DNA of 64,000 nucleotides from the human T2T-CHM13v2.0 reference genome, Homo sapiens: NCBI RefSeq assembly GCF_009914755.1, contig NC_060926.1. The stretch is one strand, 5' to 3'. Position numbers and translations under genes: made by a program. Below the pieces are notes generated by a model. It saw only the letters and a program-made list of their open reading frames with translations. It made no database searches and was not told the DNA's origin. Positions 21,958-53,315 of the stretch are shown here, piece after piece (within the stretch, counting starts at the first letter, position 1; each line of letters begins with the position of its first letter).

Positions 21958-22439
21958 TTGACTCTTGTTTCTTCTTAAAAATTTCATTAGAGTAAGTTTG
22001 AAACATGAGATTACTTGGTCAAATGATATGAAGCCTTTATGGCTCTTGCTCTGTGTTATCCTCTTGCTTTTTCAAAGGGCCGTGAGCTAACAGGGAGCAG
22101 TTCATGACGAACTTTTACTAAAAGTATCACCATTTTTGTTTTCTTATTTTGTAGGTATAAAACGATACATAAAATTCAAATTTATTTTATAATTTTTGAT
22201 ACTGTTGTATCAAAAAATCTGAGTCTGATTCCTAAGGGAGATGAAACAGCATGAGTCATGTGTGTAGGGGAAGAGAATAAGGGAGCTTTTCCAGGTTGAT
22301 TTGCAGTTTCTTGTTCAAGAAGCTCACCAGATGGTCGAACAAGTGACAGGAAGAAGATAGTTGAAAAGGGCGTTAACGTTTGGGAAAGGTGGATCATTGA
22401 ATTAATGAACTGAATTGAATTCATTTATAAAGAAAGCAT

Positions 22440-25350
<2,911 letters not shown>

Positions 25351-25846
25351 AAAAGGATATATCAATTATTTAATGTTAATGGACAATTCCAATGTATCCA
25401 GTTTTTTCTATTGCAATGCTGCAAGGGACGTACTTGAACATTCATCTTTATGCCTTTATCTTCCTGGTAGTTCTATAAGATATAGTGAAGGAAGGGGATT
25501 TATTGTTGTTATAGTCTTTATTGTGGTAGCCAGTGACTAGTAATAGAATGGTATTTATTTTGAGTGCTTAGGCACTACGAATTTCTGTAAAACTGACGTT
25601 TCATGGTTGTAGCCAGCCAAGATAGCGTTGACACCTGTATGGAGAAAGAGTTGGTAGGATAATCCTGGGTGCTCTTGAGGGGAGAAGGGAGCATGTGGGG
25701 GACTGGAGTAAGGAAGGGAGGGAAAAAGGTGAGCGGGACATTGAAAGCCTCTTGTGGGGTTTTTGCTGTTCGTATTTCCTTTCTGGATTTATAGAGAGCT
25801 CTTGGTTTGAATTGGATTGGTTTGTCTTTTGCTTTTTCCCTGTTAG

Positions 25847-25982
25847 GTGAAGGCATTCTCATCTCCTCAGAGGCTTCAGAGCTTCTCGATTTCATAGACA
25901 ACCAGGGCCAAGTGCACGTGATCCAGAAATATCTTGAGCACCCTCTGCTGCTTGAGCCAGGTCATCGCAAGTTTGACATCCG
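25847..25982 (+). CDS. TTL: TTL exon 4 (136 nt)
   Basis: ttag| acceptor; [44 protein letters not shown](R), with the TTL-family QKY and KFDxR motifs; donor CG|gtaatg. Confidence 0.97.
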
Positions 25983-26210
25983 GTAATGCATTCATGTCCA
26001 TAGCTTTTGTTTTTATTCATCTGAAAAAACTGCCATGGTATGTGGTGGGAAGGGGGACATGGAATATGAGGAAGCGTTTGACCATGTTTAATATGTTACC
26101 AAAATTGAGCACAGCTGAATGGAACTTACCTTCTGTACCTAATTTTCTATTTTTCTTTCTTGTTTTTTCCATCTAGAAAATGTTACTACGATTATGGATT
26201 TTCTTTTTTA

Positions 26211-27306
<1,096 letters not shown>

Positions 27307-27551
27307 TTATCTTTTGATCAAATTTCCCTGTTATTTATGGTAAAATGTTTTGTTTGCCTCATTGTAGTGATAACTCACTATCTTAGCTAAATCATAACAT
27401 GCCTCTTATAGTTTTAGAAACTTCCTCCTTCCCTAGTTGCCTCCCACTCCTTACCTACCCCATAAAAGAAGTCAAGATGTGGGGATTGATGTATATAATA
27501 TGCAGAAACTTTGGATGACTTGAGTAAAGCAGTGTTTTTGTTGAATTGCAG

Positions 27552-27821
27552 AAGCTGGGTCTTGGTGGATCATCAGTATAATATCTACCTCTATAGAGAG
27601 GGTGTGCTTCGGACTGCTTCAGAACCATATCATGTTGATAATTTCCAAGACAAAACCTGCCATTTGACCAATCACTGCATTCAAAAAGAGTATTCAAAGA
27701 ACTACGGGAAGTATGAAGAAGGAAATGAAATGTTCTTCAAGGAGTTCAATCAGTACCTAACAAGTGCTTTGAACATTACCCTAGAAAGTAGTATCTTACT
27801 ACAAATCAAACATATAATAAG
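27552..27821 (+). CDS. TTL: TTL exon 5 (270 nt)
   Basis: gcag| acceptor; [26 protein letters not shown]...[11 protein letters not shown]...LQIKHII(R), with the HLTN motif; donor AG|gtaact. Confidence 0.97.
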
Positions 27822-28027
27822 GTAACTTAATTGTATCTTTTTGGATTACGTGTTTCTTCTTGAAGGAGCTTTGGCGTCTATGCCTTTCAAAGAATTGTTT
27901 CATATAAGTTGTCTAATTTATGGTCAAAAATTTTTTGTAATATTCCTTTATTTTCCTTTTAATGTCTGCAGGTTCTGTAATGATGTCTCCTCTTTCGTTT
28001 CTGATAATGGTTATATGTGTGTGTGTA

Positions 28028-28060
<33 letters not shown>

Positions 28061-28079
28061 TTATATATTTATTTATTTA

Positions 28080-28300
<221 letters not shown>

Positions 28301-28318
28301 TTTTTTTTTTTTTTTTTT

Positions 28319-28445
28319 AATCAATAGTTTTCTTTATCATAGATTCAAAATTTTAAGCTTATTTTCCTTCCATTCTTTAGGCATTCAACACGTTGATGAA
28401 AAGTACAATGTCAGTCTACTTCTCATTCTTTTATCCGTAAACTTC
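28319..28445 (-). other. L1 3' transduced sequence (127 bp)
   Basis: Non-L1HS sequence between the L1 poly(A) (28446-28466) and a second poly(A) (28301-28318), inside the TSD pair. GATAAA lies 14 nt before the second tail. Confidence 0.9.
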
Positions 28446-28671
28446 TTTTTTTTTTTTTTTTTTTTTATTATACTCTAAGTTTTAGGGTACATGTGCACAT
28501 TGTGCAGGTTAGTTACATATGTATACATGTGCCATGCTGGTGCGCTGCACCCACTAATGTGTCATCTAGCATTAGGTATATCTCCCAATGCTATCCCTCC
28601 CCCCTCCCCCGACCCCACCACAGTCCCCAGAGTGTGATATTCCCCTTCCTGTGTCCATGTGATCTCATTGT

Positions 28672-32496
<3,825 letters not shown>

Positions 32497-32559
32497 TATG
32501 ATGTTAGCTGGTGATTTTGCTCATTAGTTGATGCAGTTTCTTCCTAGTCTCGATGGTCT

Positions 32560-33576
32560 TTACATTTTGGCATGATTTTGCAGTGGCTGGTACCGGTTGT
32601 TCCTTTCCATGTTTAGCGCTTCCTTCAGGAGCTCTTTTAGGGCAGGCCTGGTGGTGACAAAATCTCTCAGCATTTGCTTGTCTATAAAGTATTTTATTTC
32701 TCCTTCACTTATGAAGCTTAGTTTGGCTGGATATGAAATTCTGGGTTGAAAATTCTTTTCTTTAAGAATGTTGAATATTGGCCCCCACTCTCTTCTGGCT
32801 TGTAGGGTTTCTGCCGAGAGATCCGCTGTTAGTCTGATGGGCTTTCCTTTGAGGGTAACCTGACCTTTCTCTCTGGCTGCCCTTAACATTTTTTCCTTCA
32901 TTTCAACTTTGGTGAATCTGACAATTATGTGTCTTGGAGTTGCTCTTCTCGAGGAGTATCTTTGTGGCGTTCTCTGTATTTCCTGAATCTGAACGTTGGC
33001 CTGCCTTGCTAGATTGGGGAAGTTCTCCTGGATAATATCCTGCAGAGTGTTTTCCAACTTGGTTCCATTCTCCACATCACTTTCAGGTACACCAATCAGA
33101 CGTAGATTTGGTCTTTTCACATAGTCCCATATTTCTTGGAGGCTTTGCTCATTTCTTTTTATTCTTTTTTCTCTAAACTTCCCTTCTCGCTTCATTTCAT
33201 TCATTTCATCTTCCATTGCTGATACCCTTTCTTCCAGTTGATCGCATCGGCTCCTGAGGCTTCTGCATTCTTCACGTAGTTCTCGAGCCTTGGTTTTCAG
33301 CTCCATGAGCTCCTTTAAGCACTTCTCTGTATTGGTTATTCTAGTTATACATTCTTCTAAATTTTTTTCAAAGTTTTGAACTTCTTTGCCTTTGGTTTGA
33401 ATGTCCTCCCGTAGCTCAGAGTAATTTGATCGTCTGAAGCCTTCTTCTCTCAGCTCGTCAAAATCATTCTCCATCCAGCTTTGTTCTGTTGCTGGTGAGG
33501 AACTGCGTTCCTTTGGAGGAGGAGAGGCGCTCTGCGTTTTAGAGTTTCCAGTTTTTCTGTTCTGTTTTTTCCCCAT
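32560..33576 (-). CDS. L1 ORF1p (338 aa, intact)
   Basis: MGKKQNRKTGNSK...QNHAKM; REKG, ARR and YPAKLS motifs intact. Confidence 0.95.
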   Translation of the reverse strand: MGKKQNRKTGNSKTQSASPPPKERSSSPATEQSWMENDFDELREEGFRRSNYSELREDIQTKGKEVQNFEKNLEECITRITNTEKCLKELMELKTKARELREECRSLRSRCDQLEERVSAMEDEMNEMKREGKFREKRIKRNEQSLQEIWDYVKRPNLRLIGVPESDVENGTKLENTLQDIIQENFPNLARQANVQIQEIQRTPQRYSSRRATPRHIIVRFTKVEMKEKMLRAAREKGQVTLKGKPIRLTADLSAETLQARREWGPIFNILKEKNFQPRISYPAKLSFISEGEIKYFIDKQMLRDFVTTRPALKELLKEALNMERNNRYQPLQNHAKM

Positions 33577-34031
33577 CTTTGTGGTTTTATCTACTTTTGG
33601 TCTTTGATGATGGTGATGTACAGATGGGTTTTCGGTGTAGATGTCCTTTCTGGTTGTTAGTTTTCCTTCTAACAGACAGGACCCTCAGCTGCAGGTCTGT
33701 TGGAATACCCTGCTGTGTGAGGTGTCAGTGTGCCCCTGCTTGGGGGTGCCTCCCAGTTAGGCTGCTCGGGGGTCAGGGGTCAGGGACTCACTTGAGGAGG
33801 CAGTCTGCCCGTTCTCAGATCTCCAGCTGCGTGCTGGGAGAACCACTGCTCTCTTCAAAGCTGTCAGACAGGGACACTTAAGTCTGCAGAGGTTACTGCT
33901 GTCTTTTTGTTTGTCTGTGCCCTGCCCCCAGAGGTGGAGCCTACAGAGGCAGGCAGGCCTCCTTGAGCTGTGGTGGGCTCCACCCAGTTCGAGCTTCCTG
34001 GCTGCTTTGTTTACCTAATCAAGCCTGGGCA

Positions 34032-34247
34032 ATGGCCGGCGCCCCTCCCCCAGCCTCGTTGCTGCCTTGTAGTTTGATCTCAGACTGCTGTGCTAGCAAT
34101 CAGCGAGACTCCGTGGGCGTAGGACCCTCTGAGCCAGGTGTGGGATATAATCTCATGGTGCGCCGTTTCTTAAGCCGGTCTGAAAAGCGCAATATTCGGG
34201 TGGGAGTGACCCGATTTTCCAGGTGCGTCTGTCACCCCTTTCTTTGA
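34032..34247 (+). CDS. L1 ORF0 (71 aa, intact), on the L1 antisense = TTL sense strand
   Basis: MAGAPPPASLLPCSLISDCC...VTRFSRCVCHPFL-TGA; strong Kozak gcaATGG; splice donors after 34137 and 34222. Confidence 0.88.
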   Translation: MAGAPPPASLLPCSLISDCCASNQRDSVGVGPSEPGVGYNLMVRRFLSRSEKRNIRVGVTRFSRCVCHPFL

Positions 34248-34653
34248 CTCGGAAAGGGAACTCCCTGACCCCTTGCGCTTCCCAGGTGAGGCAATGCCTC
34301 GCCCTGCTTCGGCTCGCGCACGGTGCGCACACACACTGGCCTGCGCCCACTGTCTGGCACTCCCTAGTGAGATGAACCCGGTAAGGTACCTCAGATGGAA
34401 ATGCAGAAATCACCCGTCTTCTGCGTCGCTCACGCTGGGAGCTGTAGACCGGAGCTGTTCCTATTCGGCCATCTTGGCTCCTCCTCCTGGTCTTGAACTC
34501 TTGACTTCAGGTGATCTACCCCCCTCGGCCTCCCAAAGTGCTGGGATTACAGGCGTAAGCCACCATGCCTGGCTAATTTATATTTTCCCTCTATTTTGCT
34601 TGGACAGATTGACTAAACATTTATCAATTTTATCAGTCTTTTCAAAAAATTAG

Positions 34654-35094
<441 letters not shown>

Positions 35095-35105
35095 TAAATA
35101 ATTGA

Positions 35106-35328
<223 letters not shown>

Positions 35329-35973
35329 TGAGATATTTCTTTTTTAAAAAAATAAAAGCATGTCTCAGTTTCCCTTTATCAGTTTCCCTCTAAATATTGC
35401 ATTAGCAGAATCCCACAGATTTTGCTGTTTTCATTTCCATTTTATTAAAATATTTTCTAATTTCCCTTATAATTTTATCTTTGATTCATGTGATTTAGAA
35501 ATTTTTGTTTAATATCCAGATATTAGGTCAGGAAGAGACTTTGTCTGGTTTCATCTTTAAAAGTTGCTAAGGTTTGTTCCATAGCCCAGAAGGTCTTTTA
35601 ATGTTCTATGTGCACTAACAGAATGTGTACTTGGCTATAATTGGGCAGAGTGTTGTTTTTTATTTTTATGTTTTTTGAGACAAGGTCTTACTTTGTTTCC
35701 CAGGCTGGAATGCAGTGGCACAAACATGGTTTGCTGCAGCCTTAACCTCCTGGGCTCAAGCGTAAGTAGCCTAGGTAGCTGGGACTACAGGTGCATGCCA
35801 CCAAACCCACCTGATTTTTGTATTTTTTTTGTAGAGACAGGGTTTTGCCCTGTTGCCCAAGCTGGTCTCGAACTCTTGGGCTCAAGCAATTCTCCCATCT
35901 TGGCCTCTCAAAGTGCTGGGATTACAGACATGAGCCACTGCACCTGGCCTTATTCTGCTTGTTCTATTTATTA

Positions 35974-36006
35974 CTCTTGATCTTAGCCAAAAGGCCGAGA
36001 AGCGAT
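35974..36006 (-). pseudogene. U2 snRNA 5' fragment (tailless retropseudogene)
   Basis: Reverse complement ATCGCTTCTCGGCCTTTTGGCTAAGATCAAGAG = U2 nt 1-33 with 1 mismatch. Flanking direct repeats g[c/t]ttgttctatttatta at 35957-35973 / 36007-36023. Confidence 0.93.
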
Positions 36007-36172
36007 GTTTGTTCTATTTATTATTGAAAAGAGAGGCACTGAAGTCTACAAGTATAATTATGGATTTGTATATGTCTCCTTTCAATTTTATCTGTTTTTG
36101 CTTCATGTCTTTTGATGATCTGTTATTAGATGCATATATATTTAGGATTGTTATCTCTTCTTTGGGAATTGA

Positions 36173-36430
<258 letters not shown>

Positions 36431-36751
36431 TGAACTCCTGGGCTCAAGCAATCTACACACTTCAGCCTCCCAGAGTGCTAGGATTACAGGCGTGAGCCAC
36501 CATGCCCAGCCAGTATTTCTTATTTATTTATCTAATTTTTATATAACCAATCTAGCTTTCTTTTGATTAATGTTTCCATGGTATGTCTCCATGTTTGGAG
36601 TATGTTTCCATCCTTTTATTTTCATTCTATTCTATTCTATTCTATACTGTCCCTAGGTATTATATTCTATATTTAAAGTAGTTTTCTGGTAGACAGCATA
36701 TAGTTGGGTTTTGTATTTGTATTTATTGTTATTATTATTATTATTATTTGA

Positions 36752-37108
<357 letters not shown>

Positions 37109-38196
37109 TAGCCAGGATGGTCTCGATCTCCTGACCTCGTGATCCGTCCACCTCGGCCTCCCAAAGTGCTGGGATTTCGGGCATGAGCCACCACGCCTGG
37201 CCTAGTTTTGTATTTTTAGTAGAGATGAGGTTTCTCCATGTTGGTCAGGCTGGTCTGGAATTTCCGACTTCAGGTGATCCACCCGCCTCAGCCTCCCAAA
37301 GTGCTGGGATTACAGGCGTGAGCCATCTCGCCCGGCCCTGTATTTTAATTTTAATCCAATATGATAATCATTGTCATTTAATTGGTGTGTTTATACCACT
37401 TAAATGTAATGTAATTATTGTATTGGACTCACATCTGCCATCTTATTATTTGTTGTCTGTCCCCTCCTTTATTGTAGTTTTCGTTTTTGTTTTTTTGTGT
37501 CTCTTTTTCCCATCTTCTTTTTAATTATGTGAAATATTTTTAGAGTTTTATTTTAATTTTCCTGTTGAGTATTTGGCGCTATGTCTTCTTTTATTTTTTT
37601 TTAGTGCTTTTTTTTTTAGTGCTTGCTCTAGGAATTACAGTATACATATCAATTATTTCACAGCCTTCTTAGAGTTAATAGTTTACCACTTCAAATAAAA
37701 TGCAAAAACCTTATAACATAGTTCACTAACTCTTGCCCTCTGTTATAGTTATCATAAGTATATATCTACACATTGAAATCTCTACCACATAATGTTATTA
37801 TTTTTGCTATCAACAGTTTTATATATATATTTGCACAGGTATGATAGATTATCAGGTTGGATTATTTTTAAACTATAAAACCAAACTCTATACTGTCTAT
37901 AAGAAATCCACTTTATAAAAGGAGAAAAATATTCTTTTATATTTACCCAGATACTACTTTTGTTTTTCCTTCAGTTGCGAAGTTCTGAGATTCTCTCTGG
38001 TATCATTTCCCTTCAGACTTAAGCATTTCTTTTAGAGTTTTTATATTTACCCATATACTTCCTTAAGTTTTAAAGTTCTGACTCTCTCTCTTATGCATTT
38101 TTTTAGAACAGTTTTGCTGCTGATAAATCCTCTTAGTTTTCTGTCATCTGAGAATGTGTTTATTTCACCATCTTCCTGAAGGGTATTTTCACTGGA

Positions 38197-38312
38197 TTTA
38201 TACAAATATACATATAAATATTTATACAAGTATAAATATTTATACAAGTATAAGTATAAATATTTATACAAGTATGAATATTTATACAAGTATAAATATA
38301 AATATACAAATA
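38197..38312. repeat. AT-rich tandem repeat, 18-24-bp unit (tttatacaagtataaata)
   Basis: About 5 imperfect copies. Confidence 0.85.
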
Positions 38313-38815
38313 ATATTAAGCAAAAAAATGCAAAAATACAAGCTATATAGAAGATGCATACAAATTTATTTCACTTACATAAGTTAAACAAGTAAAATTA
38401 AATAATGTTTTATTTAGCTGAATACACATGTATGGTAAAAATGTAAAGCAAAATGAAGAAGTGATAAACATACAATTCAAAATAGTGGTTATTCATATCC
38501 CTAGAAGGAAGGCAGAAGGGACACAGGGAAGAGGCTTAAAGATAGTGGATGGTGGGTACATGGGGAATAATTAATATTACATATATTTTAAACTCACAAG
38601 ACAGCATTCCTATGATTATAGATAGTTAATATTCATTTAGAGTTCCCCACATTTTGACCATTTATGTTGTTTCTCTTCCTTTCCTGCATTTCCTTGCTTT
38701 TATCTAGGATTATTTTCCTTATTGTTAAGAAACTCATTTTTAGGCCAGGCGCGGCACCTCACACCTGTAATCCCAATACTTTGGGAGGCCGAGGTGGGCC
38801 GATCACTTGAGGTCA

Positions 38816-39052
<237 letters not shown>

Positions 39053-40306
39053 TTAAGTAAAGTCTGCTGTGATAAATTAGTTATTATTTGTCTGAAAATA
39101 TATTTTGTCTTTTTGTTTTTAAGGACATTTGCTCTGGACATAGATTTCTAGATAAGCAGTTAATTTCTTTTCCTACTCTGAAGGTTGCATACCATTGTAT
39201 TCTGGCTTCCATCTTTTCTGCTGAGAAGTCAGGTGAAATCTTAGTATTGCTCTTAATGTATCTCTTCTCTATTTTTGAGATTCCTTTACATTGGTTTTTA
39301 TAAATTTTACTATGAGATGTGTGTAGTTTTCTTTGTACATATTCCTGCATTTGGGTTCATAGTGCTTCTTGCACCGTGGCTTGATATCTTTTACCAGTTT
39401 TGGAATATTCATGGACATTATACTTTCAGTTGTGTCTTTTGATCCATTCTCCTCTTCTTCTAGGTCTCTAATTACATGATTGTTAATGCTTTTCACTGTT
39501 TCTCACACTTTTATGGCATTTTTGTATCATTTTATCTCCCCATGGTTGTACTCATTCTTTTCGTCTGACATCTTTGTTTGCTAATCCTTTCTTTATCTAT
39601 TAAAACCTGTTAACAATTTTTACAAGGTAAAAGCTTTTAAAAGCTGCTGTTAAACTCACCTATTGAGTTCTTGATTTTAGTTAGCGTGCTTTTTAGTTCT
39701 GAAATTTATATTTGTTTCTTTTTTTCATATTATAGTTGTCTTATGAAATTCTCCCACTTGCCTCATATTTTCTTGAAGATAATGGCAATTCTTTAACATC
39801 CTTATCTGATAACTCCAAAATCTAGATTACCCATGGCAGAGTAATCCAGAGTATGCCCTGTGTATGGGCTGCATATGGCCTGTAGCTTGTTTTTGTAAGG
39901 TCTGTGGGCAAAGAATGTTTTTTATATATTAAAGATTGTAAAAATGAGAATATGCAACAGAGGTGGTACATATCCTGTAAAACCTAATATATTTACTGTC
40001 TGGCCCTTTATAGAAAAAGTTTGTCAGCTCCTGACTTTTAGGTCTGTTTCTATTGTCTCTTTTTTCTCTTGGTCTTATTTCTAAATATGCCTGGAAGTAG
40101 TATTTTAGCATTAGTGTTCACTTACTACAGTTTACTAAGTCTAGTAAAGATTTTTTAAATGAGGTGTAACATCCACAAAGTGTACAGTCTGGTGAGTTTT
40201 CAGTTATGCATGTACTCACCTAGCTGTGATATACATAAAAATATAAAACATTTACAGCATCCCAGAAGACTCCTTTGAACTCCCTCAAAACATGTATTCC
40301 CTGCCA

Positions 40307-45560
<5,254 letters not shown>

Positions 45561-46254
45561 TGTAAGCAGCTAGCCTGTGCTCAGGTGGGTGGGAGATGCC
45601 ATGAGAGTGTTAAAGTTCATTACTGCCAGAGAGACCCGTATGACAAGCTGAGTAAGCAGGATCCTATGATGTGGCGACCCAGAAGTTCAGAGCCTCCTGA
45701 GGCAGGAAGGAGTCAGAGAAGGCATCTTAGACATGGGGGGTCTGGAGCTGGGGTGCAAGAAAAGAGGGTTCCGCTGCACCAAAGGTTGGTGGGGAGAGTC
45801 TTCCAAAAGAGGTGCAGCGTCCTGTGGGCTCTCACCCTGTCCCGGGCTCTGCAGGTCTGGGAGATGCCCAGAGGAACAGAAGCTCCTGAGAACCTGCTCT
45901 CCGGAACTTCTGCTTCTCTCGGGAGAAGGCTGGTTGTAGCATGAGCGTCATGGAGTCATTAAGGAGGAAGGAAGGTAAGAGAGGACCTTCTGTGGAAGGC
46001 CTTACGTGTCAGGGAAAGTCACTCGGACTCAATTCTCTTGTGCTGAGGGTTCTTCTGAAGATCCTCTTTCATGATGTCAAGACCCTTTCGTGGTTCCCAT
46101 CTACATCTTGAAGAAATTGAGTGATTTTTCAAAATGTTTAAGAGAAAGTCCCGTACCTGCAAGGGACGATGTCAACACACCAAAGTTGTTCTTTACTTAG
46201 AAGCTAGGCCTTTGCCATTGCCTGATGGTTACGACAGGCATGATTGCATGATTC

Positions 46255-47940
46255 CATCTTGTTCATCAGTCTCTGCAGCCGATAAGTGCTTATCAGGTGC
46301 TGCCTACCTGGCCAGGCTCTGTATGAGGCCATGGGTTCACAGTGGGGAGCAAAGAGAGACACAGGCCCTACCTTTCGTGGGGAGAGACTGTGAGCAGACA
46401 GATACCAGGCAGATGTCAATTACAAGCGAGGACAAGTGCTTCAATGGAGAACAAAGGATGTTGAAAGGTAACGTAACTGAGCCAAGGGCCCACGATGGGA
46501 AGTGATGTTGGAACTGAGATCTGAAGGCCAAACGCAAGTTAGATGGGCTAAGGGCGGAATAAGGCAGGGCTCCGCACCTTCCCTCACCAAATCAACAGTG
46601 GTGTGCCCAGTCTCACCCACTGTCCTTTCCTATCAGGGGTTTGTCCCTCCATGGTGCTCTAGACCTTTCCCTCCTCCCGCTCCTGTCTTCTCATCTGGCA
46701 GTTAACATTGTCACCTTTTTCCCTCTCTGATGCATAATTCTTGTCAGCATATGCAGTCCCAGCAGATTTTCCCAACTATTCAAAAAGATGTCCTCCCCTG
46801 ATGCCACATCCTGTTCCAATGATCACGCCTTCTCCAGTTCCCTTCACAGCCAAGCTTCTGGAGAGCAGCTTCTGCACAAGCTGTCTTCTATTCCTCTGTT
46901 CCCATCCATGTTCCAGTCCATTCCAGGCTGGCTCCCATCCTGATTGCCTCACAGAAACTGTTCTTTGCAGGTCCCCAGCCAAGTCCTTATTGCCACCTCC
47001 AGCAGCCTCTTTCTGTCCCCACCCCCTTGGACCTGTCAGCAGCATTCGAGGCAACCGACAGCACTTGCTGAGCTGCTCTCCTGTCATGGCTGGACACGTG
47101 GTGCTGGGCAGGCTTGCCTGGTGAGGTGTGGGCAAGCTGGACTCCGTCTTCTTCATCCAGTGCCTCTGGTCTTAGGCCTGGGTGTTTGTCTCCTCTCTGT
47201 GTATGTGATCTCATCCAACTTCATGATTTTGAAATTACCAAATTACATCACAGCCCAGAGATGCAGACTAGTATCTGCACCTGCCTTCCCTGCCAGAATG
47301 TCTCCCGTCTGCCTCCAGACTTACCCATCTTGGTCGGTCACCACCCCCTGCTCCCCCCAGAGACTAAGCTCGAACCTGACAGTGATCCTGCCTCTGCCTT
47401 CCCTTCCCCTCAAGTCCTGCCCATCAGGGCCCTGTGGGTTGTACCTCTAGCCTCCGGAGTCCTTTGCCCTCCATTTGCACTGTCACCCCTGCACAGGGTG
47501 TCTTCCACCATAGTGAAGGTTTTGGCATGGAGCCTTCTAACTGGGGTGCACTTCTGCTCTTGCCCCAGTGAAATCCATCCTCCCAGAGCAGCCAGTGTGT
47601 AAAGTCGACACCAGACCATGCCATTCTCCAGACTTGCCATTGCACCTAGGACACAAACCAGACTCCTCCCTCCACCTCCAAGGCCGCTGCCTTACCCACC
47701 TCTCCAGCTTCATCCCAAGTCACCATTTCCCTTGATTGCTCTTATCTGCAGTGGGCCTTTGTGCTTTCTGTTACCTGTGTGTGGAATCCCCACCACCATT
47801 ACCACCACCACCACCAGCCTTACCGTGGCTGGCTTCTTCTTTACCAAAACATCTTGAGGAAGCTTTCTCTGAACAGTCCTAGCTCTGATTTTCTCTAGGC
47901 AGAGCCTTTGCAGTTTCCTTCATTGCACTAACTGCCATCA
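46255..47940. mobile_element. L2 remnants
   Basis: Degenerate L2-like segments. Confidence 0.45.
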
Positions 47941-47978
47941 GATTAACTCATCAGAAGAAACTGTTTGTGGGTGTGTGT

Positions 47979-48010
<32 letters not shown>

Positions 48011-48089
48011 ATCCGCCCCTTCTTCTTTATTTCTACCCTGTCATCCATTCTCTGTCTGCCTTCTATTCATTGGGTCTTGGCTTAGCTGC

Positions 48090-48190
48090 CACTGGAAAGT
48101 CTTCCCCTGTCACTGGGGAGTCTTCCTCTGTCACTGGGGAGTCTTCCTCTGTCACTGGGGAGTCTTCCCGTGTCACTGGGGAGTCTTCTC
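48090..48190. repeat. 21-bp minisatellite (cactggggagtcttcctctgt) x ~4.8
   Basis: Units start at 48090, 48111, 48132, 48153 and 48174. Confidence 0.95.
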
Positions 48191-48411
48191 CAGTGTCCCT
48201 TCAATTATGCTGAGTTGGTCCTTTTCCTGGGTAGGGCCTGCCCCTGTCTGTAATGCAAGGTGGCTCTTACATGCTCTTGAAATGCCTGCCTTCCCTGCCA
48301 GTTGTGTGCCTTGTTCACCTGCAAGGCCTTCCATAAGTATTTGCTGAGGGAATGCTTTATCTTCGTGCAAAGGCTTCTGAAGCATCTGTATATACAGTGG
48401 CAACCCGTTTT

Positions 48412-52871
<4,460 letters not shown>

Positions 52872-52952
52872 AGTGGCAACCAGTTTTAGAAATGTGGTCA
52901 TGATATAGAATTTCTAGGGCAGATCTTGGTAAAAAACAAAAACAAGAAAAAC

Positions 52953-53250
52953 TGCCAGGCACGGTGGCTCACGCCTGTAATCTCAGCACTTTGGGAGGCC
53001 GAGGTGAGAGGGTTGCTTGAGCTCAGGAGTTCAAGAGCAGCATGGGCAACATAGCAAGACCCTGTCTCTACAAAAAATTTAAAAATTAGCTGGGCATGGT
53101 GGGGCACACCTATAGTGCCAGCTACTTGGGAGGCTAAGGTGGGAGGATCCCTTGAGCCCAGGAATTTGAGGCTGCAGTGTATGTACCATGATCGCACCAC
53201 TGCATGCCAACTTGGGAGACAGAGCAAAACCCTGTCTCAAAAACAAAAAA
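52953..53250 (+). mobile_element. AluJ
   Basis: AluJ diagnostics; ends ~65 bp before the exon 7 acceptor. Confidence 0.8.
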
Positions 53251-53315
53251 CATCTATTTTTTTTGCTTGTACTTTGATGAACATCCTCAATGATATTTTT
53301 AAAAACACATTTCAG

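Noticed and set aside
46741-47645. Cluster of overlapping 120-170-aa ORFs in intron 6
   Set aside because: C-rich degenerate L2-like sequence; no splice-consistent exon or domain similarity seen.
48090-48190. Direct repeats resembling a CRISPR array or NF-kB site cluster
   Set aside because: Head-to-tail units with no unique spacers, in human DNA; the GGGGAGTCTTCC spacing does not fit the 10-bp kB consensus.
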